Origin: an uncultured Lachnospiraceae bacterium
GTDB lineage: Bacteria; Bacillota; Clostridia; Lachnospirales; Lachnospiraceae
DNA length: 64,000 nt
Direction of reading: 5' to 3'
Assembly (NCBI GenBank): GCA_946407725.1
Contig: CAMJPM010000004.1
Location: 6,488-70,487, forward strand
Position numbers and translations under genes: made by a program. Below the pieces are notes generated by a model. The model was given only the letters and a program-made list of their open reading frames with translations, was not told the DNA's origin and ran no database searches. Of this stretch, positions 17,790-26,650 are shown one piece after another. How positions within the stretch are numbered: the first letter of the stretch is position 1; every line of letters begins with the position of its first letter.

Positions 17790-18812
17790 ATGAGCGCAGA
17801 AAACGAAGCCAGCAGAAAAAAACTAATAAGCATAATGATCCCCTGCTATAATGAGGTGGAGAACGTGGATCCCATAAGCGACAGGATCGTTGAGATCATG
17901 GAAAATGAGCTCCCTGAGTACGATTATGAACTGATCTTTATAGATAACTTTTCCATAGATGGTACCAGGGACAGACTGATCGAAATATGCGCAAAGAATA
18001 AGAGGATAAAGGCCATATTCAATGTCACCAATTTCGGGCAGTTTAATTCACCCTTTTACGGGATGTGCCAGACAAGCGGAGACTGTACCATATCCATGGC
18101 CTGTGATTTTCAGGATCCTCCGGAGCTTATCCCACAGTTTGTCCATGAATGGGAAAACGGCTATAAGATTGTGAGCGCCATAAAGAAGGGGAGCAAGGAG
18201 AACGCCTTCATTTATTTTTTACGGACTGTTTACTACCGTGTTATAAAGAATATGTCCGATGTGAAGATGATTGAGAATTTTACGGGAACCGGGCTCTATG
18301 ACAGATCCTTTATAAGTCTGCTAAAGCAGCTGGACGATCCCATACCTTTCCTCAGGGGTATTGTGGCCGAATACAATTTCAAAAGGAAGGAAATACCCTT
18401 TGTGCAGCCAAAGCGCAGGGCAGGAAAGACCAGCAACAATTTCTACAGGCTCTATGATGCTGCCATGCTCTCCATTACTTCATATACAAAGGTGGGGCTC
18501 CGGCTTGCCACCTTTTTCGGATTTTTTGCCGGGATCATAAGCTTCTGTATCGCCATCTACTATACGGTCATGAAGCTCACCCACTGGTACAGCTTTTCCG
18601 CCGGATACGCTCCCATGCTGATAGGAGTGTTCCTTATCGGGTCGCTGCAGCTGTTTTTTATAGGTTTTCTGGGTGAATACATATTAAATATAAATACAAG
18701 GATAATGCACCGGCCTCTGGTGGTGGAGGAGCGGCGCATTAATTTTGACACGGGGGCTGAAAGCAGCCGGGATCATCAGGAAATGACGGGAAAGGATACG
18801 GATGGAGCTTAA
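17790..18812 (+). CDS. GT2 polyprenyl-phosphate glycosyltransferase (GtrB/CsbB/ArnC-like) with two C-terminal TM helices
   Basis: ISIMIPCYNEVENV, DNFSIDGT and DFQDPPE motifs. The hydrophobic C-terminal pair at aa 235-300 is characteristic of GtrB-type enzymes. Confidence 0.8.
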   Translation: MSAENEASRKKLISIMIPCYNEVENVDPISDRIVEIMENELPEYDYELIFIDNFSIDGTRDRLIEICAKNKRIKAIFNVTNFGQFNSPFYGMCQTSGDCTISMACDFQDPPELIPQFVHEWENGYKIVSAIKKGSKENAFIYFLRTVYYRVIKNMSDVKMIENFTGTGLYDRSFISLLKQLDDPIPFLRGIVAEYNFKRKEIPFVQPKRRAGKTSNNFYRLYDAAMLSITSYTKVGLRLATFFGFFAGIISFCIAIYYTVMKLTHWYSFSAGYAPMLIGVFLIGSLQLFFIGFLGEYILNINTRIMHRPLVVEERRINFDTGAESSRDHQEMTGKDTDGA

Positions 18813-19818
18813 CGTCCTTTATCAATTCAACGAGAAATACGCTCCTTACGCGGGAGCCAGCATGACTTCAATGCTTGTGAACAACAAGCATATAGACAGG
18901 ATCAGGATTTATATACTGGGGGAGGATCTTTCTCCCTTTTCCATGGACAGATTCAGGGCACTTTCCGCAAAATTCGGAAACTATCTCTGCTTTGTGGACA
19001 CGGATAATCTGATTTCCCTTATGAAGGAAATGCGCATGCCTTCATACCGGGGGTCTTATGCCGCCAATATGCGGCTCTTTCTGTCTTTCGCACTGAATGA
19101 TGATATTGACAGGCTGTTATATCTGGATGCGGATACCATAGTGACCGGAAAGCTGGATCCGCTTATTACCATGGATATGGGAGAGCATCCGGTAGCCATG
19201 TGCATGGATTCCCTGGTCAGAAGGCATAAGATGCGGCTTGGCTTTGATATGGCCGACTATTACTACAATTCCGGGGTCATGCTGTTTTCCATGAAAAAGT
19301 GGAGGGAGAGGAGATGCTCCGAGAGAATAGCAGACCACGTGAAAAATGTGAGAGCCTGGTATGCATCACCGGATCAGGATCTCATCAATGTGGTATTAAA
19401 GGGGGAGATAATGAAGCTGAGCCCCCGCTACAATATTCAGCCGGCTTATCTGGCTTTTTCTTTAAGATCCTATTTCAGGACCTTTGGGGGCAAGGGTTTT
19501 TACGCCCCGGAGGAGATGAGGGCGGGACTTACAAGCCCGGTGATATACCACTTTTTCAGGTTTGTGGGGGAATTTCCCTGGCACAGGGATAATGTGCATC
19601 CCGACAACGATATCTTTGACAAATATATCGCTCTTTCTCCCTGGAATGACTACGTAAAGCAGCCTGCCGACAACGGGTTTATCCTGAAGATCGAGAAGAT
19701 CCTGTATAAGAGGCTTCCCAGGTTCGTCTTTATAAAGCTGTTCCGTATAGCCTATGAGGACTTTATCAAAAAGGCCAACAGGGATTCACTTAAATTTAAG
19801 ACAAATAAGCACATGTGA
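18802..19818 (+). CDS. GT8-family glycosyltransferase
   Basis: LYLDADTIV (DxD), YYNSGVMLF and DQDLINVV motifs. Start overlaps the upstream stop. Confidence 0.8.
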   Translation: MELNVLYQFNEKYAPYAGASMTSMLVNNKHIDRIRIYILGEDLSPFSMDRFRALSAKFGNYLCFVDTDNLISLMKEMRMPSYRGSYAANMRLFLSFALNDDIDRLLYLDADTIVTGKLDPLITMDMGEHPVAMCMDSLVRRHKMRLGFDMADYYYNSGVMLFSMKKWRERRCSERIADHVKNVRAWYASPDQDLINVVLKGEIMKLSPRYNIQPAYLAFSLRSYFRTFGGKGFYAPEEMRAGLTSPVIYHFFRFVGEFPWHRDNVHPDNDIFDKYIALSPWNDYVKQPADNGFILKIEKILYKRLPRFVFIKLFRIAYEDFIKKANRDSLKFKTNKHM

Positions 19819-19820
19819 TC

Positions 19821-19919
19821 CGGTAAGGTACAAAGTTTGAAAGTAATACTTTCAAACTTTCATCGGTGCCGTGCAGACACGTCACCGATGGGCACACTTG
19901 CCTGCGGCAAGGTACAAAA
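19821..19919. repeat. 84-bp spaced direct repeat CGG(T/C)AAGGTACAAA flanking two strong hairpins (insertion-like element)
   Basis: 19821-19834 and 19905-19918 match at 13 of 14 nt. Hairpins lie at 19832-19860 (13-bp stem) and 19861-19890 (CATCGGTG/CACCGATG). Confidence 0.6.
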
Positions 19920-19920
19920 T

Positions 19921-20859
19921 ATGGGAATCAAAGATACACTTCGAAATATCCTTCCGCCTGAAATAAATGAAGAGTGGGAGTTTTTAAGGGGAGCCTGGTA
20001 TGAGAGGCTCGCCTGTAAAAAAGGACTGCCGGAAGCCCTGAAGCAATGGTACAGGAGCCGTAAGGGCAGGGAACTGAACCTTGAAGACCCGAAAACCTTC
20101 AGCGAAAAGATACAGTGGCTGAAGATCTATGATGTCACACCGGAAAAGACCATGCTCTGCGATAAATTTCTGGTACGGCAGTGGATAAAGGAAAAGGTGG
20201 GGGAGGAATACCTGGTTCCGCTCCTTAAGGTATGGGACAGGGCAGAGGACATAGATTTTGATTCTCTGCCGGATTCCTTTGTATTAAAGACAAATCACAG
20301 CTCCGGATGGAATATCGTGGTGCCGGATAAGCATAAGCTCAATGAAAAAAAGGCCAGAAATAAGCTTAAGCGCTGGATGAATACCGACTTCGCCTGCTTT
20401 ATGGGCTACGAGATGCAATACCGGGATGTGAAACGAAAGATCATCGCGGAGGAGTACATTGGGGACGGGGTACATGAGCTCGATGACTATAAGGTCATGT
20501 GCTTTCACGGGAAGCCCCATGTGATCTGGATAGACAGGGGAAGACACACAGACCACAGGAGAAATCTCTATGACAGGGACTGGAATAAGCTTCCGGTCAC
20601 GATGCTGGTACCGAACTTTGACACAGACCCTCCCGCTCCTGTCAATTTAAGGAAGATGTGGGAAATATCGGAAGTGCTGTCCCAGGGGTTTATCTGTGCC
20701 CGGATAGATTTTTTTGAAGTAAATGGAAAGCTGTATTTTGGTGAGATCACCTTCACCTCCGGCAGTGGGCTTTCGGATTTTGATCCCCCGGAAACCAACA
20801 GGGAATGGGGGGATCTTATGAAACTGCACGAAAAAGCGGAGTGCTACAGGATGATATGA
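19921..20859 (+). CDS. TupA-like ATP-grasp amidoligase (teichuronopeptide-type)
   Basis: EKIQWLKIYD, VLKTNHSSGWNIVV, DYKVMCFHGKP and GEITFTSGSG. ATG 19921 with AAGG RBS. The ORF-track start at 19837 lies inside the hairpin element. Confidence 0.75.
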   Translation: MGIKDTLRNILPPEINEEWEFLRGAWYERLACKKGLPEALKQWYRSRKGRELNLEDPKTFSEKIQWLKIYDVTPEKTMLCDKFLVRQWIKEKVGEEYLVPLLKVWDRAEDIDFDSLPDSFVLKTNHSSGWNIVVPDKHKLNEKKARNKLKRWMNTDFACFMGYEMQYRDVKRKIIAEEYIGDGVHELDDYKVMCFHGKPHVIWIDRGRHTDHRRNLYDRDWNKLPVTMLVPNFDTDPPAPVNLRKMWEISEVLSQGFICARIDFFEVNGKLYFGEITFTSGSGLSDFDPPETNREWGDLMKLHEKAECYRMI

Positions 20860-20864
20860 TACAA

Positions 20865-21106
20865 GGGTCAAAAACCCTGATAAAGTATATCTTGTGCGTG
20901 TTGTATGATCAAATTCCGGGGCGCTTTCGCTCTGAACCGGAAACACAACGTTACATAAGGCCGCAAAGGACGCGGCCTAAGTACCGGTGTTTCCTCACAG
21001 CCCGGAACCTGATCATACAACACGCACAAGACAGAACGTTTCTGAGGTTTTTGACCCTGGCTGCGTTGTGGCTTTCAGGTGCGGTGCGGGGGTTCTGAAT
21101 AGTTAC
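20865..21106. repeat. Rod-like palindromic element (~190 nt) plus a conserved 30-nt 3' module
   Basis: 30-nt arms at 20891-20920 and 21001-21030 pair at 28 of 30. Outer pair GGGTCAAAAACC/GGTTTTTGACCC (20865-20876 / 21046-21057). Central hairpin AGGCCGC/GCGGCCT. Module 21077-21106 recurs at 54178-54205. Confidence 0.65.
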
Positions 21107-21155
21107 AACGTTGTACTGGCATTATGATATCAGGGCATAGGGAAAAAGGAGCATT

Positions 21156-22202
21156 ATGGGGATCTCTGTTATTATTCCGGTCTATAATACAAAGCATGAA
21201 TATCTGTCGGAGTGCCTTGATAGCCTTATAAGACAGGATTTTCAGGATCTTGAGGTAATAGTGGTAAACGACGGCTCGAAAAACGGCTGTGACAGGATAA
21301 TAGATGACTATGCCGGAAAATATGACTTCATCAAAGCCATACACCAGGAAAACAAGGGAACCTCAGTGGCCAGAAATGCAGGTCTTGACGCCGCAAAGGG
21401 CAGGTACGTCATGTTCGTGGACGGAGATGACTATGTGTCAGAGGGCTGTTTAAGGGCTGTATATGATGAAATGGAGAAGAGGAAATGCGACATCCTGTTT
21501 TTCGGCTACTCCACCAGCTATACAAACCGCGAGATAAGAAGGGTGCTGTCCCACATAGATCCTGATCTCTGGAAGGCTGATACGCTGGAAATGGCGGTTT
21601 TAAGAGGTGATAAAAGGCTGGGAGCCGTGGAGATCGGGGCTCCCTGGGGAAAGCTTATAAGGCGGAGCGTAATAGAGGAAAACGCTGTAAGATACACCCC
21701 TGGTATTATAAAGGGACAGGATACAGTATTTGTCCTGACGCTTCTGGACTACTGCAAAAGCTTTTCATATCTTCCCTTTCCCGGCTATCACTACAGGATT
21801 TCGGGAAGCTCAGTAAGCCGCAGGTTTAATCCGAAGATCGTTTCCATCATGGAAAAGACCCTTTCGGCCTATATGGATTTTGTGGAGAAACGGGGAAAGG
21901 GCAGTGGGTTTAAGGAGGCTGTAAGAAAGAAGTACATAAAGGTGCTTCTTGGGGAATATCTGGAGCTTCTGTATCTGAATCCGGATAACAGAATGTCCCT
22001 AAATGAACGGATGAAGGAATATAAGGCGCTGCTTAAGAGAGAGCCCTACAGGGATATACTCAGGGAGACGGAAACTAAGGACACCGGATTTTTACTCCGT
22101 ACAGAGATAAACTGCCTTAAGTCCGGGAGAGTGCTGCCTGTATTCCTGATAAAAAAGGCGGAGATGTGCTTAAGATCAGTTGTGATAAAAAGATATGGAT
22201 GA
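21156..22202 (+). CDS. GT2-family glycosyltransferase
   Basis: ISVIIPVYNTKHEYLSECLDSLIRQDFQDLEVIVVNDGS and a VDGDD DxD motif. GGAG RBS. Confidence 0.85.
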   Translation: MGISVIIPVYNTKHEYLSECLDSLIRQDFQDLEVIVVNDGSKNGCDRIIDDYAGKYDFIKAIHQENKGTSVARNAGLDAAKGRYVMFVDGDDYVSEGCLRAVYDEMEKRKCDILFFGYSTSYTNREIRRVLSHIDPDLWKADTLEMAVLRGDKRLGAVEIGAPWGKLIRRSVIEENAVRYTPGIIKGQDTVFVLTLLDYCKSFSYLPFPGYHYRISGSSVSRRFNPKIVSIMEKTLSAYMDFVEKRGKGSGFKEAVRKKYIKVLLGEYLELLYLNPDNRMSLNERMKEYKALLKREPYRDILRETETKDTGFLLRTEINCLKSGRVLPVFLIKKAEMCLRSVVIKRYG

Positions 22203-22217
22203 GATTTTCCGAAACTG

Positions 22218-22226
22218 TGATATAAT
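22218..22226 (+). promoter_or_regulatory. Extended -10 box TGATATAAT only 9 nt upstream of the next start codon
   Basis: Perfect TGnTATAAT. No Shine-Dalgarno between it and ATG 22236. Confidence 0.35.
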
Positions 22227-22235
22227 ATAAAAACT

Positions 22236-23183
22236 ATGCCTGAGAATAAACCCCTTGTGACATGCGTGATCACAAGCTATAAAAGGAATAAGGAAACGGT
22301 GAGGAGAGCCCTTGACAGTGTGCTCTCCCAGACTTATGCGCCCCTTGAGATCCTCATCATCGATGATAACCGGGGTGAAGGAAGTGAGGTTTATTCAGGG
22401 GCTCTTAGGGAGTTATCGGAGGGCAGGGAGAATGTTACTGTCATAAAGACAGAGAACGGACACGGCGCCCAGAGAGCCAGAAACACCGGCATCGAAAACG
22501 CAAAGGGAAAGTATGTGGCATTTCTCGATGATGATGATGAATGGCTGCCGGAAAAGACAGCAGTCCAGGTAGAGCTTCTGGAAAATAACCCGGAAGCGGG
22601 ACTTAGCTACAGCCGGGGTTATCTTATTGATAATACCTTTGATCCCCCAAGGATCGGGCAGTTTATACGGGGAGAAAACCTGACCTTTGATGAACTGCTC
22701 TTAAGTGACAGAATAGGCACCACCACCCAGGCAGTGATCCCGAAAACGGTTTTTGAAAAGGTGGGGATGTTTGATGAAGCCCTGCCTGCAAGACAGGATT
22801 ACGAGATGTGGCTTCGTATCACAAGGGAGTATAAATCCATATGGAGCCCGCAGCTGCTCTACAGATATTATAAGGAAAAGGGCAAGGAGCAGCTTTCCCA
22901 CAACTGGGAAAAATGTGTTAAAGGTTATGAGATAATATACGATAAGTACAGGGAAGATATAGAAAAAAGCCGGGGAGCCAGGTTTAATTTCGTTTTCCAT
23001 ATCGCCCATCATCTGATGGAGGGGGCAAATGTCACCGGAGACAGGCAGTTAAAGAAAAGGGCTGTGAAAAAATATGCCGAAGCCTTCGTTATCTCTCCTT
23101 ATTTATTCCTTGTACAGGGGAGCTATGTCATAAGAAAGGTACGGAGAAAGATCAAGGCTTTCTTTATCAGAATTAAGAATTAA
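22236..23183 (+). CDS. GT2-family glycosyltransferase
   Basis: VTCVITSYKRNKETVRRALDSVLSQTYAPLEILIIDDN and an LDDDDEW DxD motif. Confidence 0.85.
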   Translation: MPENKPLVTCVITSYKRNKETVRRALDSVLSQTYAPLEILIIDDNRGEGSEVYSGALRELSEGRENVTVIKTENGHGAQRARNTGIENAKGKYVAFLDDDDEWLPEKTAVQVELLENNPEAGLSYSRGYLIDNTFDPPRIGQFIRGENLTFDELLLSDRIGTTTQAVIPKTVFEKVGMFDEALPARQDYEMWLRITREYKSIWSPQLLYRYYKEKGKEQLSHNWEKCVKGYEIIYDKYREDIEKSRGARFNFVFHIAHHLMEGANVTGDRQLKKRAVKKYAEAFVISPYLFLVQGSYVIRKVRRKIKAFFIRIKN

Positions 23184-23184
23184 T

Positions 23185-24612
23185 ATGTCCAATAAAAGCA
23201 ATAACAATACAACGGAAAAGAAAGCTCTGAAAGCCGGGGTATGGTATACCGCCAGCTCCTTTTTAAGGAAGGGAATAGGCTTTATCAGCACTCCCATATT
23301 CGCAAGGCTTCTGACAAAATCCGATTACGGTGCAAACAGCAATTTCCATATATGGCTTGCTATCTGCGCAGTGGTCTGCACCCTTCATCTCCAATCCTCC
23401 GTTGCCAGGGCAAAATTTGATTACGAAGATGATTTTGACGGTTATGTATCTTCCATAACCTTTTTCGGCACTATGACAACGGCTTTATTCTATGCCGTGG
23501 TCATTGCTTTTATGGACTTTTTCTCTGGACTTCTGGCCATTGAACCGTTATATATCCATGTGATGTTCATTGAGCTTCTGGTGGCTCCGAGCCTTGATAT
23601 CATCCAGGCAAAGCACCGGATACAGCAAAAATACAAGGCTCAGGTGGCACTGTCTATTTTCATTTCCGTAAGCTCCACATTTTTTGCAGTTCTTGCGGTA
23701 TATCTCTGTGAAGACAAGCTATTCGGAAGAATCATGGGTGCTGAGATCACAAATACAGTGATCTATATAGTGGTCTTTATCTATGTAATGATAAAGGGCA
23801 GGAAGATCATAGACTTCAACGCCTGGAAATATGCGGCGTCCTACAGTGTACCCATAATACCGCACCTGTTATCAAATATCATTCTGGGTTCCTCCGATAA
23901 GGTGATGATAGTTCATATGATCGGAAAGGAAGCAAACGGTATATACTCCCTGGCCTATTCGGGGGGAATGGTGGTTTCCACCCTTATGACCTGCTTCAAT
24001 CAGGCAATGGTGCCCTGGCTTTTTGAAAAGCTTCATGCAAAGGAGCATGATATTATTAAAAAGGTCAACAGGTATTATATCGCAGGTTTTTCCGTAATCG
24101 TAACAGGCTCGGTGCTGCTGGCACCGGAGATAATATGGATACTGGGTGGGGATAAGTATGCAGAAGCCGCCTATCTGGTGCCGCCGGTAATGCTGGGATA
24201 CGGATATAAATTTGCCTATACCTGCTATGTGGATGTGGAACAGTATGAAAAGAAAACCGGAATTGTTTCCATCGGCACCCTTGTGGCCGCAGCCTTTAAT
24301 GTGGTAACAAACTTTATATTCATACCCATGTTCGGTTTTCAGGCTGCGGCATATACAACTCTTGCGGGATTTGTACTGCTGCTTCTGATACATTATTTTA
24401 TCAGCAGAAAATACGGATTTACCGTGGTGTATGACAACCGGTTCATGTTCCTGATTCTGTTTGTCATGACTTTACTGGGGCTTTTGATCCAGCTTATATA
24501 TCCATATATGATAGTTAGATGGGTATTGGCGTTCTGTATAGGCTGTTGCTCATTGTTTGGCATATATAAGGTCTGGGACAGATATCTAAGAAAAAAACAG
24601 AACGGAACATAA
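23185..24612 (+). CDS. Wzx-like oligosaccharide flippase (MOP superfamily)
   Basis: 475 aa with about 12-14 TM segments and an N-terminal GxxWxxxSxxxxKxxGFISTPIFARLL pattern typical of polysaccharide-biosynthesis (PST) flippases. Confidence 0.7.
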   Translation: MSNKSNNNTTEKKALKAGVWYTASSFLRKGIGFISTPIFARLLTKSDYGANSNFHIWLAICAVVCTLHLQSSVARAKFDYEDDFDGYVSSITFFGTMTTALFYAVVIAFMDFFSGLLAIEPLYIHVMFIELLVAPSLDIIQAKHRIQQKYKAQVALSIFISVSSTFFAVLAVYLCEDKLFGRIMGAEITNTVIYIVVFIYVMIKGRKIIDFNAWKYAASYSVPIIPHLLSNIILGSSDKVMIVHMIGKEANGIYSLAYSGGMVVSTLMTCFNQAMVPWLFEKLHAKEHDIIKKVNRYYIAGFSVIVTGSVLLAPEIIWILGGDKYAEAAYLVPPVMLGYGYKFAYTCYVDVEQYEKKTGIVSIGTLVAAAFNVVTNFIFIPMFGFQAAAYTTLAGFVLLLLIHYFISRKYGFTVVYDNRFMFLILFVMTLLGLLIQLIYPYMIVRWVLAFCIGCCSLFGIYKVWDRYLRKKQNGT

Positions 24613-24669
24613 GGAACTGTTGCAAAATCAACAGATCCTAAATCCGGGAAAAAGAAAGAAGAGGCGAAA

Positions 24670-25773
24670 ATGAGGAACGAAAGTAAAAAGGATAAGATAA
24701 AAAGGGAACTGGCTGATTCATATTTTGCTCTTTCCGGAATGAAGGACAGGGCAATGGCATTAAAGGGGATACAGAAGTATCTTAAGGACACTCCTGAATT
24801 GACAGACAGGCAGAAGGAAGAGATAAAATCCTTTTGGAAGGAGCATCTGGGAATAGAGATACCGCTGGATTGGCACAGGCTGTATTACGCCAGGTCAGGT
24901 GTTGAGGATCCGGCCTTTGTTCCCGATACAGTTTTTGAATATGACATAAGGCCTCATTTAAATCATCCGAATTTTTCCATCGTTTACGGTAATAAAGCGT
25001 ATCTGAAGCGCTTTATCCCCAATGCCAGGACAGTCAGATCTGTTTTGATCAATGTAAACGGGCATTATATGAATGAGGATTTTGAGCTTATTGACAGGAA
25101 AACGGCTGGTGATATCCTGAAGGAATACCCTGCTCTTGTGGCAAAACCGGCGCTGTTCACCCATCATGGGGAGGGGGTTTCGCTTATGAAGGCACCCTTT
25201 GACCTTGATGAGATAGAGAAGACATATACACGGAATTACGTAATGCAGATACCCATAGAACAGCACAGAGTACTCTCTTCGTTAAGCCTGACATCCGTAA
25301 ATACCCTGAGGGTAGTCACCGTGCTTCTGGAAGGAAGGGCGCATGTGACCAGTACCTATATCAAGACCGGAGCAGCCGGAGAGTTTGCCAATAATGTGGG
25401 AGATGACCGTTATTTTATCGGTGTGGATGAAAACGGCGTGATCGCTGATTATGCTGCAGACTGTTTCTATAACAAGCATGACAGCATACCCAACAGCGTG
25501 GATTTCAGGGGAATGACCCTGCCGGGATATGATGCCATGTGCAGATGCGCTGAAAAAGCCCATGAGGATATTGCGTTCTTCGGAATGGTGGGGTTTGATA
25601 TGTGTATAGATAAGGATGAACAGCCTGTTGTGGTTGAAGCGAACCTGAAGCAGCCGGGCATTACCCATCAGCTGGCAGCCGGGCCCTATTTCGGGAAATA
25701 TACGGCTGAAGTCCTGGAATACTGTAAGAAAAGAAATATAACAAAGGAAGTGGGCTGGCCACAGATGTGGTGA
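24670..25773 (+). CDS. ATP-grasp protein of the sugar-transfer-associated (ATPgrasp_ST-like) type
   Basis: LVAKPALFTHHGEGVSL, SVNTLRVVTV, ANNVGDD and VGFDMCIDKDEQPVVVEANL follow the ATP-grasp pattern. Confidence 0.6.
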   Translation: MRNESKKDKIKRELADSYFALSGMKDRAMALKGIQKYLKDTPELTDRQKEEIKSFWKEHLGIEIPLDWHRLYYARSGVEDPAFVPDTVFEYDIRPHLNHPNFSIVYGNKAYLKRFIPNARTVRSVLINVNGHYMNEDFELIDRKTAGDILKEYPALVAKPALFTHHGEGVSLMKAPFDLDEIEKTYTRNYVMQIPIEQHRVLSSLSLTSVNTLRVVTVLLEGRAHVTSTYIKTGAAGEFANNVGDDRYFIGVDENGVIADYAADCFYNKHDSIPNSVDFRGMTLPGYDAMCRCAEKAHEDIAFFGMVGFDMCIDKDEQPVVVEANLKQPGITHQLAAGPYFGKYTAEVLEYCKKRNITKEVGWPQMW

Positions 25774-25841
25774 CAGGGAGCATTTACGTGATACAAAAAA
25801 GACTGTGTATAGCAGTGTGAAAGTAAAGAAAGGCAGAATAG

Positions 25842-26645
25842 ATGAAAACCATTAACGTATTATATACGGGAGGCCTGGATTCTTCATATACCATGACTTA
25901 TTTTTCCAGGTTCCCGGTGGAGATACAGCCCTATTACCTAAGGGATCACAGACCCTCGGAGGAATATGAGTTAAGAGCCATAAGATCCATAATCGACGAC
26001 ATCAGGTTAAATCCCGGTACAAAAGCAAATGTGAGGGAGCTTATTACAAAACCCACTTATGCCATTAAACCGGATCCTGTAATACAGAGGGCATACCGCT
26101 ATATGTTTAAGACCCAGGGCTTTGGAAAGCAGTACAGCTTTATTGCCAGGTTTGCAAAACAGGAGCATCTGGACGGATTATTCGTGTCCTTTATTTATAA
26201 TCCAAAAAACAGGCGGAACATGACCTTAAGGGAAAGCGGTGCTGTAATGACCATACAGGATGAGGGTATGGAGTATTATAAACTTGATCCCAAAAAGACC
26301 GAAAAGAATCTATATATCCTTATGGAACATGTGCTGATGCCCCCTTCCTTCATGCATACCAAGGAGCAGGAGATGGAGGAAATGCGGAAGATGGGTTTTT
26401 CGGATTCCGTAAATAAGACCTGGTTCTGCTACTGGCCCGTAAACGGCGAGCCCTGTGGGATCTGTGCCCCCTGCAGGGACTTAATAGAACAGGGGATTAC
26501 ATGGCGGCATACCCCGGAGGGACTGAAGCGCTTTGAAGAGGATAGAAAGGTTCCGGCCTGGAAGCATAAGATAAGGGATCTGAAGCTTACGCTCTCTGAT
26601 AAATGGTATGATTTCAAAATGAGCCGTTTCAGCGGGGAAAAGTAA
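25842..26645 (+). CDS. QueC-like PP-loop ATP pyrophosphatase (adenine nucleotide alpha-hydrolase), paralog 1
   Basis: N-terminal VLYTGGLDSSYT (an SGGxDS variant) and a C-terminal Cys cluster WFCYWPVNGEPCGICAPC, as in QueC. Confidence 0.6.
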   Translation: MKTINVLYTGGLDSSYTMTYFSRFPVEIQPYYLRDHRPSEEYELRAIRSIIDDIRLNPGTKANVRELITKPTYAIKPDPVIQRAYRYMFKTQGFGKQYSFIARFAKQEHLDGLFVSFIYNPKNRRNMTLRESGAVMTIQDEGMEYYKLDPKKTEKNLYILMEHVLMPPSFMHTKEQEMEEMRKMGFSDSVNKTWFCYWPVNGEPCGICAPCRDLIEQGITWRHTPEGLKRFEEDRKVPAWKHKIRDLKLTLSDKWYDFKMSRFSGEK

Positions 26646-26650
26646 AAAGT

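Noticed and set aside
19837-19920. ORF-track N-terminal extension of the TupA-like gene (alternative start at 19837)
   Set aside because: The extension is encoded by the hairpin cassette. ATG 19921 has an RBS and aligns with the paralog's N-terminal region.
20865-21057. 6S RNA interpretation of the ~190-nt rod-like hairpin
   Set aside because: I could not identify the large central bubble or conserved 6S features. The nearly perfect 30-bp arms look more like a DNA repeat than 6S RNA, and the location inside an operon is atypical.
20647-21098. ORFs 20647-20946 (-) and 20805-21098 (+)
   Set aside because: They span the palindromic element or the 3' end of the ATP-grasp gene. The open frames are by-products of the inverted repeat.
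25842-26645. QueC-like genes as part of a Qat- or Dpd-type anti-phage system or queuosine synthesis
   Set aside because: No QatA/B/D-like ATPase or TatD nuclease, no DpdA-K genes and no queD/E/F are nearby. Both copies are embedded and coupled within glycan genes.
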